Assembly: GCA_951406725.2 (NCBI GenBank)
Contig: OX597827.1
Location: 22,630,001-22,694,000 of the forward strand
From: Octopus vulgaris
Taxonomy: Eukaryota
Direction of reading: 5' to 3'
Length of the DNA stretch: 64,000 nt
Made by a program: the position numbers and the translations under genes. Position 1 is the stretch's first letter. The number at the start of each line of letters is the position of its first letter. Shown piece after piece: positions 63,949 to 64,000 of the stretch. The notes beneath the pieces are model-generated. The model saw only the letters and a program-made list of their open reading frames with translations, made no database searches and was not told where the DNA came from.

Positions 63949-64000
63949 CTTGTCAAACTGTCCAGCCCCTGCGAGTATGGGAAACAGGTGTTAAATGATG

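Overview
This is AT-rich, repeat-dense animal genomic DNA. The SINE, RTE and microsatellite content suggests a coleoid cephalopod (Octopus-like); that assignment is inference. Almost every ORF in the supplied track is a microsatellite or satellite artefact. The real host gene is invisible to that track: 15 short GT-AG exons on the + strand (28422-57941, 1019 nt, phases consistent, no stop codons) encode the N-terminal ~339 aa of DNAAF9/C20orf194. A perfect RFX X-box lies ~130 bp upstream of its ATG, and the gene probably continues past the window. The rest is a 5.5-kb 47-bp satellite with 15-mer higher-order structure; dead maT (DD37D) and mariner (DD34D) transposons; a Helitron nested in a Penelope-like element; RTE and RLE-type LINE fragments; four SINE families; and a MITE family (8-bp TSD) carrying TTAGGG repeats. 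The most interesting signal is a set of minimal Penelope-type hammerhead-ribozyme motifs. One has an intact core and lies sense in DNAAF9 intron 5. Another sits in the tail of a tRNA-headed SINE-like element that occurs as head-to-head inverted pairs. All homology calls come from motif recognition without database searches, and repeat boundaries are approximate unless a TSD or TIR is quoted.
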